Assembly: GCA_045403145.1 (NCBI GenBank)
Contig: JAXIPA010000102.1
Coordinates: 1-53,962 of the forward strand
Direction: 5' to 3'
Length of the DNA: 53,962 nucleotides
Origin: Nitrospirota bacterium
GTDB lineage: Bacteria; Nitrospirota; UBA9217
Position 1 is the first letter of the stretch. Each line of letters opens with the position of its first letter. Under the pieces are notes generated by a model that saw only the letters and a list, made by a program, of their open reading frames with translations, made no database searches and was not told the DNA's origin. Positions 37,969 to 47,524 of this stretch are shown piece by piece. Made by a program: the position numbers and the translations under genes.

Positions 37969-39126
37969 TTAAATTTTCAGCTGGTCTTTAAACGCACGGA
38001 TTGACAGCAGCGCGTCAGCGCCGGAAACCGGGTCCCCCGGCTTGAACTCGCCGGTCGCCTTGTCGGCCTCGATATATCCCCGCGAGGTAGCAGTCATGGC
38101 GGCGCTGAAAAAATACTGATCGTTCCTGATGTCCGGGAAAGGAGAGGTCGCACCCAGGAACTTGGTGGCCAATTTCTCGTCGCCGGACACCTTAATCAGG
38201 ATGTCCTCGAGCATGAGCGCAAACTCACCCTTGGTGATGAGCTTGTCCGGATCGAACGTGTGGTCCGGACCCGCCTCAAGACCGCGAATCTGGAGCTTGA
38301 GCACCGCATCAATGCTCGGTTTGAGCCAATGGTTGGCGATGTCCGTGGCAGGCTCCATTTTTATGATTGTTTCCGGGTTAATTTTTGTGCTCGATTCCGT
38401 CGGCGCCTTGAAGCTCGTGTCGTAGGTCCTCGTGCCGCGCTTGGTGTAGAGTTTCTCGAGACTCATTTCCTGATCAAAAAGCGCGGCGACGTCGGCCCGG
38501 TCGATTCTGTCGATGAGTGCGATCTTTTTGCCGATCTCGGTTCCCGGCGCCGCCCGCTGTATCTTCTGGATAAGGGCCCACTCGGCGTTGGCCTCGTTCG
38601 TGAATTCCTTGTTCAGGTCCAGCACCTTGCGGAACATTTCCGCGGCCTTGTCGAAATCGAAGGAGACCTTGTACGCCATGCCCATATAGTAGTGGAGCGG
38701 GGCGCTGTTCGGGTCTTTCTTCCCGGCCGCCTTGAACTCGTCTTCAGCCTCCGGCAGCCAGCCTTTGGCGCGCTGCATGCTGTGAAGCCGGATCAGGCCG
38801 ATATTGGCCTCGATTCCCTTGTCCAGGCTCTTGCCCTTGGACATGTTCTCAAAAGCCGGTTTGAAATCGCCTTTCCTGCCGAGAGCCAGGCCCTTGCCGA
38901 TGTACCCGAGAGGCGACTTGGGATCGAGCGCAATGGCGCGGTCGAACGATTTCAGGGCGTCATCGGGCTGATCTTTATCAAGATACCGCAAACCTGTTTT
39001 GTAGTGGTACTCGGGCGAATCCATAACCGATGTGGACGGGGCCGCCTTGGGACCACAGCCGGAAACCACGACTGCCAAAGCCGCCACAACCAGAATGAGG
39101 CTTTTTATCTGAGTAAACATTGCCAA
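37969..39126 (-). CDS. TPR plus S-layer homology domain lipoprotein
   Basis: Lipobox VSGC; TPR repeats; SLH-like TDIANHW...FDPDKLITKGEFA and FPDI...FKPGDPVSGADA. Confidence 0.8.
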   Translation of the reverse strand: MAMFTQIKSLILVVAALAVVVSGCGPKAAPSTSVMDSPEYHYKTGLRYLDKDQPDDALKSFDRAIALDPKSPLGYIGKGLALGRKGDFKPAFENMSKGKSLDKGIEANIGLIRLHSMQRAKGWLPEAEDEFKAAGKKDPNSAPLHYYMGMAYKVSFDFDKAAEMFRKVLDLNKEFTNEANAEWALIQKIQRAAPGTEIGKKIALIDRIDRADVAALFDQEMSLEKLYTKRGTRTYDTSFKAPTESSTKINPETIIKMEPATDIANHWLKPSIDAVLKLQIRGLEAGPDHTFDPDKLITKGEFALMLEDILIKVSGDEKLATKFLGATSPFPDIRNDQYFFSAAMTATSRGYIEADKATGEFKPGDPVSGADALLSIRAFKDQLKI

Positions 39127-39182
39127 CCTCCGATGAATAATAATTCAGAGCCTGTTATTGAAACTCTGTTTTACCTTCGTTT

Positions 39183-39246
39183 GTCATTCCCGCGGGAATC
39201 CAGTGCCTTTTGAATATTATAGATGCCGGATCAAGTCCGGCATGAC
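39183..39246. repeat. REP-like palindromic element
   Basis: GTCATTCCCGCGGGAATCCAG...GATGCCGGATCAAGTCCGGCATGAC. Confidence 0.8.
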
Positions 39247-39268
39247 GGCAAAAACAACAATAGAGACT

Positions 39269-40129
39269 CTAATCCACCAGGATGATGACCCTGCACTTTT
39301 CGAGCATGCTCAGGTTCTGTGATGCGCTCTGCAGCATGGCGGCGTCGGCATTGCTGATCACCGTGTCAACGCGTGCGTCTCCCGAAACCTTGATAGCCTT
39401 GACCATGAGCGGCTTGTCCGTTACGCGGGGGTTCGTCTGAGCGGCCGCCGGGTCCTTGAGATATCCGACCATGCCCTCGCGCACGGCGTATTCCCTGTTG
39501 ATCCAGGCCGAGCCGTAGACTTCCTTGCCTTCTTCATTCAGGATTTTGGGCGCCATAGCGGGCCTCGCGCCGAGCCCCCTCGCATCCACGATAAGGCCGG
39601 TATAAAGCTGGCCCGATGCCTGAGACCCCGCGGGAGGGGCTGTAATCGCCGGCGGCGTTGCAGACCCCTTCGGGAGGAGTGTGTCTGCCAGCGCGCCCGA
39701 CAGCTTCATGCCCACCGTGACCTCGACCGAGCCGTCGGACATGTACTTTTTGTCCATGACCATCGCTCCCTGGATAATGCCGCTCACCTCGGTTTTGATC
39801 ACATCGCTCGTGACCATGAAGTTCTCGACGGTGGTGGTAGAATCCACCCGCACGCCCTTCACGGACTCGAGCAGGTTGCGGTAGGCGACCACCTGGGCCG
39901 CTCGCTCGGCCATGGCCCTGGCCTGTGCAGCGTTCGCCGGCTGCGCAGGCGGCGCGCCGATGCCGACGGCAGTGATCACACCCGTGGTCCAGTCTACCTT
40001 ACCGGTTGACCCGGCCGGTTCAATCACATCCTTGATTGTCCCCATGAGCTGGGCCGATGCGCTCCCTGTGGTGAGCGCCAAAAGGACTATGACGACCACC
40101 GCGAAAATCGCTGATTTATTCATGAACAT
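39269..40129 (-). CDS. LPP20-like secreted protein
   Basis: Paralogue of 35354-36439: VDWTTG...ARAMAERAA...RNLLESVKGVRVDS and YTGLIVDARG. Confidence 0.75.
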   Translation of the reverse strand: MFMNKSAIFAVVVIVLLALTTGSASAQLMGTIKDVIEPAGSTGKVDWTTGVITAVGIGAPPAQPANAAQARAMAERAAQVVAYRNLLESVKGVRVDSTTTVENFMVTSDVIKTEVSGIIQGAMVMDKKYMSDGSVEVTVGMKLSGALADTLLPKGSATPPAITAPPAGSQASGQLYTGLIVDARGLGARPAMAPKILNEEGKEVYGSAWINREYAVREGMVGYLKDPAAAQTNPRVTDKPLMVKAIKVSGDARVDTVISNADAAMLQSASQNLSMLEKCRVIILVD

Positions 40130-40350
40130 GATATCCCTCCTTCACTGTGTTCAAATATTATATTTATTTCGCAGAACCGAAAAAAACAGTCGTGATGTAT
40201 CCGCCGCTTCACCTCCTTTAAAATATCAATGAACGACAGAATAAGGTAATGCGATTCGTAAAGGATAGCAGCATATGGTCTTGTGAGTCAAGATAATATT
40301 CACATCAAGAGTCACGGCGGTTCCCCTGTTTACCGGGAACCGTCGCAGGG

Positions 40351-41082
40351 TTAAAGCGCCCGTGCAAGGGTAAATGCCGTGACCCGCGCCGCGCCGGCTT
40401 CTTTAAGAACAATGGCGCATTCATTCATTGTCGCGCCGGTCGTGAACACGTCATCCACCAGAAGGACATGCCGCGAATCAACCTCAGCAGGCCGAAGCAA
40501 GGCAAACGCCCCTGCCACATTCTTTATTCTCTCCGCACCGGTAAGTTCAACCTGCGGCCGCGTTGGTCTCACCCTGACGAGGTTGTCACAGGAGAGCGGC
40601 GTCCCGTGCCGCTCGCTCATCCGGTGGGCCAGGAGGAGCGCCTGATTAAAACCTCGTTGTCTCAGCCTTTTGGTATGAAGCGGCACGGGCATGATGATAT
40701 CGATGCCGGTAAGGACCCTGACCCGATCAACCATCCACTCGCCGAGCGGTTTCCCCAGAGAGCGGCAGGGACGGTATTTAAACTGGTGAACTGCCTCACG
40801 CAGCGGCCCCTCGAACTGTCCGACCGATAGAGCTTGATCGAACGTCGGCGGAGACAGCCGGCATTCCCGGCATTGATGTTCGGGGCTGTGAGTCAGGGCC
40901 TCCGGCGACTCAAAAGGTCTGCCGCAGGAGGGGCAGACGGGACCATGAATCACGGCAAAATCATTCCAGCACACTGAGCAAAAATGAGGGATACCCGAAT
41001 CGCCGACCGGGGAACGGCAAAAGGAGCAGGAGGACGGGAGCAGAAAGTCGAGAATGCTGCGGAGGATAGACATATGAACCAA
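40351..41082 (-). CDS. comF: ComF-family phosphoribosyltransferase-like protein
   Basis: N-terminal CxxC pairs; PVPLH..R..QRGFNQ; LLVDDVFTTGAT. Confidence 0.9.
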   Translation of the reverse strand: MVHMSILRSILDFLLPSSCSFCRSPVGDSGIPHFCSVCWNDFAVIHGPVCPSCGRPFESPEALTHSPEHQCRECRLSPPTFDQALSVGQFEGPLREAVHQFKYRPCRSLGKPLGEWMVDRVRVLTGIDIIMPVPLHTKRLRQRGFNQALLLAHRMSERHGTPLSCDNLVRVRPTRPQVELTGAERIKNVAGAFALLRPAEVDSRHVLLVDDVFTTGATMNECAIVLKEAGAARVTAFTLARAL

Positions 41083-41117
41083 ATCCTAAATCACAAAAAA
41101 CACATATGATGTAAAGT

Positions 41118-41271
41118 CGTCATTCCCGCTTGCCTGCACCCAGCGATTACGAGCGAAGCGTAGTGCAGGGTGTCGGGAATCGTAGTGCATTATAACGTAC
41201 TCATAAAAACCGATTCCGGGCAAGCCGGAATGACGTCAAAAGATGGCCATTCGACTTTTTTCGAGACCATC
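41118..41271. repeat. Nested REP/MITE-like element
   Basis: CGTCATTCCCG...GGAATGACG with a 37-bp CCTGCAC...GTGCAGG insert and a GACTTTTTTCGAGACCATC outer arm. Confidence 0.8.
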
Positions 41272-41289
41272 AATTTCAGAATTTTCTAT

Positions 41290-42840
41290 TCAACGCCCCG
41301 CGTTCATAATGAGGCTCTTCCCGGTCATTTCCGGCGGGATGGTAATCCCCATGAGTTCAAGCACGGTCGGCGCAACATCAGCAAGCACTCCGCCGCTTCT
41401 GAGTTTCGCATCCTTGCTCGTCATGATGAACGGCACCGGGTCGGTGGTATGCGCGGTGTGGGGCTGCCCGGTTGACGGGTCGAACATGACCTCGATATTG
41501 CCGTGGTCCGCGGTGATAAGCGCTAGCATTCCCTCTTCCCGGGCGGCGCTCAGCACCCTCCCCAGGCACTCGTCGAGAACTTCAATGGCCCTGACCGCCG
41601 CCTCAACGATCCCCGTATGGCCCACCATGTCGGGATTGGCGTAGTTCACCAGGATAAAACCGTACTGGCGCGACGTGATGTGCGTTATGAGTTTATCGGT
41701 GATCTCGCGCGCGCTCATCTCGGGTTTTTTGTCATAGGTGGCCACATCCCGCGGCGACGGCACCAGCACGCGGTCCTCCAGCGGGAACGGCTGCTCTACG
41801 CCGCCGTTGAAAAAAAAGGTGACGTGAGCGTACTTCTCGGTCTCGGCAATGCGCAGCTGCCGGACCCCGTGACCGCTCAGCACCTCGCCCAGGATGTTCG
41901 TGAGCTTGACCGGGCCGAACGCCACCGGCAAATCGAACGTCTCGTCATAGGTGGTGAGACAGACGAAGGTTGACAGCTTCGGCACCATGCGTCTTTTGAA
42001 CCCCTGGAACTCAGGGTCGGTGAGTGCCCGCGTGATCTCCCGCGCGCGGTCGGAGCGGAAATTGCAGAAGATGACGGCATCGCCGTTTCGGATCGCGGCA
42101 AAAGGCTTGTTCGTCTCCGGATCGAGAATCACCGCCGGAATTACGAATTCATCGGTCCGGTTGTGCTCATAGCTCTGCTCCACCACCTCGGCCGCGGAAT
42201 ATTTCCGTATCCCCTCCGCCGCAACCATGGCCTCATAGACCTTCTGGATCCGCTCCCAGCGCTTATCGCGGTCCATGGCATAGTACCGGCCGGAAACGGA
42301 GGCGATCCTGCCGACGCCGATCCCGGCAAGATGGTCCTCGAGCTGTTTGATGTACCGGATGGCGCTCGATGGAGGTGTGTCCCTCCCGTCAAGAAAGGCA
42401 TGGAAGAAGATGTTCGTGATTCCCTGGGCTTTCACCAGGTCGAACATCGCAAAGATGTGGTCGAGCCGGCTGTGCACTCCGCCGTCCGAGAGCAGTCCCA
42501 TAAGGTGGAGTGCTGCGCTGGAGTTTTTTACGGCCTTAAGCGCCGAAAGCAGCACCGGATTCTGAAAAAATTCTCCGTCCCTGATGGCCTTGCTGATCCG
42601 CGTTGAGTCCTGGTACACGATCCTGCCGGCGCCGAGGTTGAGATGGCCGACTTCGGAATTTCCCATTTGCCCGTCGGGAAGACCGACCGCCTCGCCCGAG
42701 GCCTGGAGCTCCGTATGCGGGTATCCGGCGACGAGACCGCGATAAACCGGAGCTTGGGCCGCGGCGATAGCATTCCCCTCTTTATTCATGTTGACGCCCC
42801 AGCCGTCGAGGACGATCAGCAGCACCCGTTTGTTGGGCAT
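41290..42840 (-). CDS. gpmI: 2,3-bisphosphoglycerate-independent phosphoglycerate mutase
   Basis: LDGWG, GQMGNSEVGH, AETEKYAHVTFFFNGG and NPDMVGHTG motifs. Confidence 0.97.
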   Translation of the reverse strand: MPNKRVLLIVLDGWGVNMNKEGNAIAAAQAPVYRGLVAGYPHTELQASGEAVGLPDGQMGNSEVGHLNLGAGRIVYQDSTRISKAIRDGEFFQNPVLLSALKAVKNSSAALHLMGLLSDGGVHSRLDHIFAMFDLVKAQGITNIFFHAFLDGRDTPPSSAIRYIKQLEDHLAGIGVGRIASVSGRYYAMDRDKRWERIQKVYEAMVAAEGIRKYSAAEVVEQSYEHNRTDEFVIPAVILDPETNKPFAAIRNGDAVIFCNFRSDRAREITRALTDPEFQGFKRRMVPKLSTFVCLTTYDETFDLPVAFGPVKLTNILGEVLSGHGVRQLRIAETEKYAHVTFFFNGGVEQPFPLEDRVLVPSPRDVATYDKKPEMSAREITDKLITHITSRQYGFILVNYANPDMVGHTGIVEAAVRAIEVLDECLGRVLSAAREEGMLALITADHGNIEVMFDPSTGQPHTAHTTDPVPFIMTSKDAKLRSGGVLADVAPTVLELMGITIPPEMTGKSLIMNAGR

Positions 42841-42854
42841 GAAGACTCCTTACG

Positions 42855-42937
42855 TCAGATGTCAGAAGGCAGAGGACAGAAAAGAAAAGACAGAACTCTG
42901 TTAGTCTGTCTTCTGTCCTCTGACTTCTGTGTTCTGT
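42855..42937. repeat. Inverted heptamer array (CAGANNN / NNNTCTG)
   Basis: CAGATGT CAGAAGG CAGAGGA CAGA ... TCTGTCT TCTGTCC TCTGACT TCTG. Confidence 0.75.
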
Positions 42938-42942
42938 TTTTT

Positions 42943-44250
42943 TCAGCAGGGTTTTTCCAGATTTACCCCGAAGGTGTTCCACTTGCCGCAGTTCGGACAG
43001 CGGCCCGACCAGTCCGTTGTCCGCAAATCACAGTTGGAGCAGGTATAGGGAATAATGATCTGTTTCCTGAAGCCCAGCGCTTTTTTGAACTCGGAAGCGG
43101 CCAGGCCGAGGGACCCCCGTCTCAGGTAGATATTTCCCAGGAGCTTGTGCACGTCCGGGAGTTCTTTGTCGCCCCAGTCTACGGTGGAAAGGATGTCGAA
43201 GGCCTCATCGACCATCTCGAGCCGGTAGTAGAGCTTGCCGAGAAAAAACTTGAGCGCGCTGTCCTGCGGCTTCCAGCTCACGGCTTGCGTGTATATCTCG
43301 ATGGCCTTGCCCGGTTCGCCCTGCTTAAGGTAGAGGTCTTCGAGCCGATGGAGCAGCAGGGTCGAAGAGGTCATCTTGTATGCCTTCTCCCAGAGCCCGG
43401 CGGCATCCGCGGCCTTGCCTTCCTCAAGGTACACTTCGCCCAGTCCGAGGTAGGCGGGAATGAAGTCCTTATCGAGTTTTATTACTCCGCGAAAGGTTTT
43501 TTTTGCGTGCTCCAGATCGCCCGCTTCGAGGAGCGAACGGCCGAGTTCGTACTTAAAGCCGGCGAGCCTGCGGTGCTCTACTTCCTGCTCCGACGGCGTG
43601 AGCGGATTGGCCACAAGCTTGCGCTGCGTTTCGTACAGTTCCTCCCACTGATTCAGCCGCTGGTAGAGGTCGCGCATCCTGATGAGAGCGGTAAGGTTCG
43701 AGGAGTCCCGGGACAGAATTTTTCTGTACATCTCGAGCGCATCGTCAAAGCGTTTCGCTTCCTCGTAATCGGCGGCGAGCGAGAACATCACTTCCTGATT
43801 GTCCGGGTTGAGGCCAAGGGCCTTCTGATGTACGAGGATGGCCTCCTGGGGATTTTTCTCGCGCAGCTGGCTGATGCCCATGCGGAGCAGCGTATCCACA
43901 TGGTTCGGGTCGATGGCGAGCACTTTCTGAAAGTAACCGGCGGCCTCAGGGTTGCGTTTTGCAAGCATCGCGTTCAGGCCTTTCGTGTAGAGTTCCTGAA
44001 CTTTCAGCCGTTTTTTCTGCTCCCGCTGCACCCGCAGGCCGCGCAGGAACCGCTTGAGGTCGCGGGTGAAATAAAGGATAAAGACAACACCGGCGCCCAT
44101 GGAAAGGGAGAGGAGAAAGAACGTCGACTTGGCGATATCGTAGGACTTCGACGGGAGGAGATGAACCGTGACCATGTCGGGGTTGAACTCCCGCAGCAGC
44201 ATGACAAAGATGACGGCGCCGATTACCAGGAGGGTAAAGAGTAATCTCAT
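42943..44250 (-). CDS. LapB-like TPR protein with LapA-like N-terminal TM hairpin and C-terminal rubredoxin-like zinc finger
   Basis: Two TM helices, TPR repeats, and YTCSNC...WSGRCPNCGKWNTF. Confidence 0.8.
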   Translation of the reverse strand: MRLLFTLLVIGAVIFVMLLREFNPDMVTVHLLPSKSYDIAKSTFFLLSLSMGAGVVFILYFTRDLKRFLRGLRVQREQKKRLKVQELYTKGLNAMLAKRNPEAAGYFQKVLAIDPNHVDTLLRMGISQLREKNPQEAILVHQKALGLNPDNQEVMFSLAADYEEAKRFDDALEMYRKILSRDSSNLTALIRMRDLYQRLNQWEELYETQRKLVANPLTPSEQEVEHRRLAGFKYELGRSLLEAGDLEHAKKTFRGVIKLDKDFIPAYLGLGEVYLEEGKAADAAGLWEKAYKMTSSTLLLHRLEDLYLKQGEPGKAIEIYTQAVSWKPQDSALKFFLGKLYYRLEMVDEAFDILSTVDWGDKELPDVHKLLGNIYLRRGSLGLAASEFKKALGFRKQIIIPYTCSNCDLRTTDWSGRCPNCGKWNTFGVNLEKPC

Positions 44251-44315
44251 CCGCGGTCCTTTCTTGTGAAACGGTCTATTAACGGTCTCATAATAATACC
44301 ATCATAAAACAGCTT

Positions 44316-44387
44316 GTCATCCCCGAACGTACCTATCGGGGATATGGTTTTAAACACCGGATTCCCGATAAAATCCTCGGGAATGAC
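44316..44387. repeat. REP-like palindromic element
   Basis: GTCATCCCCGA...TCGGGGAT...GGATTCCCGA...TCGGGAATGAC. Confidence 0.8.
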
Positions 44388-44467
44388 AGTTTAAAGGCCC
44401 AAGATTATGTCATTATTATTTCAAGACCGTTAATATGCAGTTTAAACCGTTCAAGCGGTTTCAACGG

Positions 44468-44938
44468 TTAGTAGTGGTACGTTTTCCCTTTTATGATCGT
44501 AAACGCCCGGTAGAGTTGTTCGAGCAGGACAAGCCGCGCCATCTCGTGGGTGAAGGTCCAGCGGGACAGTGCGACCACTTTGTTCGCTCGTTCCGTAATG
44601 CTCTCGTCCAGCCCCATGGCGCCGCCGGTGGCGAACGCCATTTCCCGGACGCCGGACTCAAGCTGGTTGTTCAGGAACTGCGCGAACTCATGAGACGTGA
44701 ATTCATGCCCCCGCTCGTCGAGCGCGCACAGAAAGGCCCCCGCGGGAACCGCCTTGAGTATTTTATCCGCCTCCCGCTTCCGAACGAGCGGCGCTTCCCT
44801 AAGGTCATGGATCTTTTCTTCCTTGAGATCTCTGAGCTCTATGTCAACGTAGGGTTTGAGATACCGGAGGTACTTGGCGATCCCTTCCTGGACGAACCGT
44901 TCCTTCGTTTTCCCCACAAAGATGAGGACCAGCCTCAT
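44468..44938 (-). CDS. rlmH: 23S rRNA m3psi1915 methyltransferase RlmH
   Basis: LDERG, TFTHEMARLVLLEQLYRA and terminal YHY. Confidence 0.95.
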   Translation of the reverse strand: MRLVLIFVGKTKERFVQEGIAKYLRYLKPYVDIELRDLKEEKIHDLREAPLVRKREADKILKAVPAGAFLCALDERGHEFTSHEFAQFLNNQLESGVREMAFATGGAMGLDESITERANKVVALSRWTFTHEMARLVLLEQLYRAFTIIKGKTYHY

Positions 44939-45312
44939 AAAGAGGCGCCCTGGAGCTCCCGGGGCTGGAGAACGGCGGGGATTCGCGGAGCATCGCTCCA
45001 GAGTTTTTCGAGGCTGTAAAAGGCCCTCGCCTGATCATCGAAGATGTGCACCACGACGTCGCCGTAGTCCATGAGCACCCAGTTCGACTCGTGTCCGCCT
45101 TCCACATGGGAGGGATGGACGCCTTTTTTTGCAAGGGCCTGACCTATCTCATCCGCGATTGCGGACACCTGCGTCGTATTGGTTCCCGAGCAGATAACAA
45201 AATAATCGGTGATATAGGTAAGCCTGCGGAGGTCCAGGATCAGGATATCGAATGCCTTTTTATTGTCCGCTGCCTCGGCGCAGAGCTGCGCGGTTTCTAA
45301 TGAGTTATCCAT
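44935..45312 (-). CDS. rsfS: Ribosome silencing factor RsfS
   Basis: DYFVICSG and WVLMDYGDVVVHIF...FYSLEKLW. Confidence 0.95.
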   Translation of the reverse strand: MDNSLETAQLCAEAADNKKAFDILILDLRRLTYITDYFVICSGTNTTQVSAIADEIGQALAKKGVHPSHVEGGHESNWVLMDYGDVVVHIFDDQARAFYSLEKLWSDAPRIPAVLQPRELQGASL

Positions 45313-45964
45313 AGAGTTTATTTTTTATTATATAGGTTTCGACCGCGTCAGGCAAGAGATATTTGATGCTTCTGCCCTCGTGCATCCTTCTGCGGATATC
45401 GGTTGATGAGATATCAAAGTGAGGAATCACTTCCAGGAACACCGTAAACGCTCCCGTCCGGACCATCGCATGCGTGCGTTCGCCGCGCTCAAGCGCGGCT
45501 ATTTCTCCGGCAGCGGGTTTCATGAAATCGATCTTCAGGAGGTTGGTAAAACGGTAGCCGGGCCTGGAGAGCACGACAAAACTGCAAAGCGTCAGCAGCC
45601 GTTCCCAGTGGTTCCAGGTCTGGATTTCCAGAAAGGAGTCGAGACCGGTGATGAAATACAATTCCGTCCCGCCATAGGCCTGCCGCAACGCCTCGATCGT
45701 ATCGATGGTATACGACCTGCCTCCGCGCCTGATCTCGATATCCGACGGTTCAAAGGCCGGATTGCCCGCGGCCGCCCGCCGTACCATCTCCATCCGGTGA
45801 AGAGCGGAGGGGACTGCCTCTTCCTGTTTATGGGGAGGGATGAAGGATGGGATGAACAGGATACGGTCGAGAGGAATACGATTGCGGACCTCTTCGGCTG
45901 CCGCAAGGTGGCCGTAATGGATGGGGTTGAACGTTCCGCCGAGGATACCTAATTTTTGCGACAA
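45305..45964 (-). CDS. nadD: Nicotinate-nucleotide adenylyltransferase
   Basis: GGTFNPIHYGH, SYTIDT and ISSTDIR motifs. Confidence 0.95.
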   Translation of the reverse strand: MSQKLGILGGTFNPIHYGHLAAAEEVRNRIPLDRILFIPSFIPPHKQEEAVPSALHRMEMVRRAAAGNPAFEPSDIEIRRGGRSYTIDTIEALRQAYGGTELYFITGLDSFLEIQTWNHWERLLTLCSFVVLSRPGYRFTNLLKIDFMKPAAGEIAALERGERTHAMVRTGAFTVFLEVIPHFDISSTDIRRRMHEGRSIKYLLPDAVETYIIKNKLYG

Positions 45965-45981
45965 CCGATCCCCTTCCCCTT

Positions 45982-46068
45982 GCGGATATCGGATTGCGGA
46001 TTTCGGAATACTAAACGGCAGATCACGTCTTCCTTAGTTCTTCATTCCGCAATCCGCATTCCGAAATT
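45982..46068. repeat. Inverted heptamer array (GCGGATT / AATCCGC)
   Basis: GCGGATA TCGGATT GCGGATT TCGGAAT ... ATTCCGC AATCCGC ATTCCGA. Confidence 0.75.
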
Positions 46069-47323
46069 ATCTTCTTATCTGTCCGTTCCCGAATACGATG
46101 AACTTGGTGGACGTGAGTTCCTCAAGCCCCATTGGGCCGCGCGCATGGATGCGCGTCGTCGAAATACCGATCTCGGCGCCGAGACCGAACTCGAACCCGT
46201 CGTTCAGGCGCGTCGAAGCGTTCACGAAAACGGCAGCGGCGTCCACTTCCCGTTGGAAACGCAGGGCGTTTCGGTAGTCGTTCGTAACAATCGCCTCTGA
46301 ATGCTGGGAGCCGTGGGTCGCGATGTGCTCCATGGCGTCTTCCATGCTGGCGACGGTTTTTACGTTCAGGATGAGGTCGTTATACTCCGTGTCCCAGTCC
46401 TTGTCCGTCGCGGCAGTGATGCCGGGGACGAGCTCCAGGGTCCTCGTGCAGCCTTTGATCTCGACGCCCGCATTCTTCATTCTGCTGATGATGGCGGGCA
46501 GAAACGCCCCGGCCACGTCCTGGTGAACGAGCATGGTTTCCATGGCATTGCAGGTCCCGGGCCGCTGGACCTTGGCGTTGAAGCAGATCTCCTCCGCCAT
46601 GGCGAGGTCCGCCTTGTCGTCTACATAGACATGGCACACGCCCTTGTCGTGCTTGATCACGGGTATGGTAGAGTTCTCCGAGACCATGCGAATGAGGCCT
46701 TCGCCGCCGCGCGGGATGATGAGGTCGATGAAACGGTTCAGCTTCAGCATCTCCATGACGCAGGCCCGGTCGGGGTTCTCGATGAACGATACCGCTCCCT
46801 CGGGGATGCCCGCATCCGCGCCGGCCCTTGAAAGCACCTCGACAATCGCATTATTGGAATGCACGGCCTCCGATCCGCCGCGAAGCAGCACGCCGTTTCC
46901 GGATTTGAGACAAAGGGCCGCCGAATCGGCGGTCACGTTCGGCCGGGATTCGTAGATGATGCCGATGAGCCCGATGGGCACGCGCATCCTGCCTACTTCC
47001 ATTCCGTTCGGCCTGCGCCACATCCTGAGCACCTCGCCGACCGGGTCCGGAAGCGCCGCGACCTCTCGAAGGCCGTCCGCCATGGCCTTGATGCGGTCGT
47101 GGGTAAGCGTGAGACGGTCGATCATGGCCTTGGACAGCCCTTTTTTCTCGGCCTCCATCAGGTCCTTCCGGTTTTCGGATATGAGCCGGGCGGCTTCGTG
47201 CTCGATACCGGCGGCCATCTTGAAAAGCGCATTGTTCTTGATTTCCGTCGAAATGTTCGCGAGCTTCCGTGACGCGGCTTTTGCCTTTTGCGCTTTTTCA
47301 GAAACGAATTGTTTGATGTCCAT
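46067..47323 (-). CDS. proA: Gamma-glutamyl phosphate reductase
   Basis: IYESRPNVT, IPRGG, CNAMET and GAEIGIST..HARGPMGL motifs. Confidence 0.97.
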   Translation of the reverse strand: MDIKQFVSEKAQKAKAASRKLANISTEIKNNALFKMAAGIEHEAARLISENRKDLMEAEKKGLSKAMIDRLTLTHDRIKAMADGLREVAALPDPVGEVLRMWRRPNGMEVGRMRVPIGLIGIIYESRPNVTADSAALCLKSGNGVLLRGGSEAVHSNNAIVEVLSRAGADAGIPEGAVSFIENPDRACVMEMLKLNRFIDLIIPRGGEGLIRMVSENSTIPVIKHDKGVCHVYVDDKADLAMAEEICFNAKVQRPGTCNAMETMLVHQDVAGAFLPAIISRMKNAGVEIKGCTRTLELVPGITAATDKDWDTEYNDLILNVKTVASMEDAMEHIATHGSQHSEAIVTNDYRNALRFQREVDAAAVFVNASTRLNDGFEFGLGAEIGISTTRIHARGPMGLEELTSTKFIVFGNGQIRR

Positions 47324-47351
47324 TGCCGCCTCCGATAGTTCTTCTCAAAAT

Positions 47352-47520
47352 GATGGTCTCGTAAAAAGTCGAAAATCGCCGCAGAACCGTCATTCCGGCT
47401 TGTCCGGAATCGTTTCTTTTCAGAATGTTATATGGCAAAATGATTCCCGACACCCTGCACTACGCTTCGCTCGTAACCGCTGGGTGCAGGCACGCGGGAA
47501 TGACTTCTTACGACTTCATC
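47352..47520. repeat. Three-level nested REP/MITE-like element
   Basis: Outer GATGGTCTCGTAAAAAGTC...GACTTCTTACGACTTCATC; middle GTCATTCCG...GGGAATGAC; inner 37-bp CCTGCAC...GTGCAGG. Confidence 0.85.
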
Positions 47521-47524
47521 AAAA

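Noticed and set aside
42643-44244. 533-aa plus-strand ORF, and similar long ORFs at 30369, 33904, 35697, 38260, 46956, 48180 and 49789
   Set aside because: These are antisense shadows of well-supported minus-strand genes in GC-rich DNA, with no recognisable motifs.
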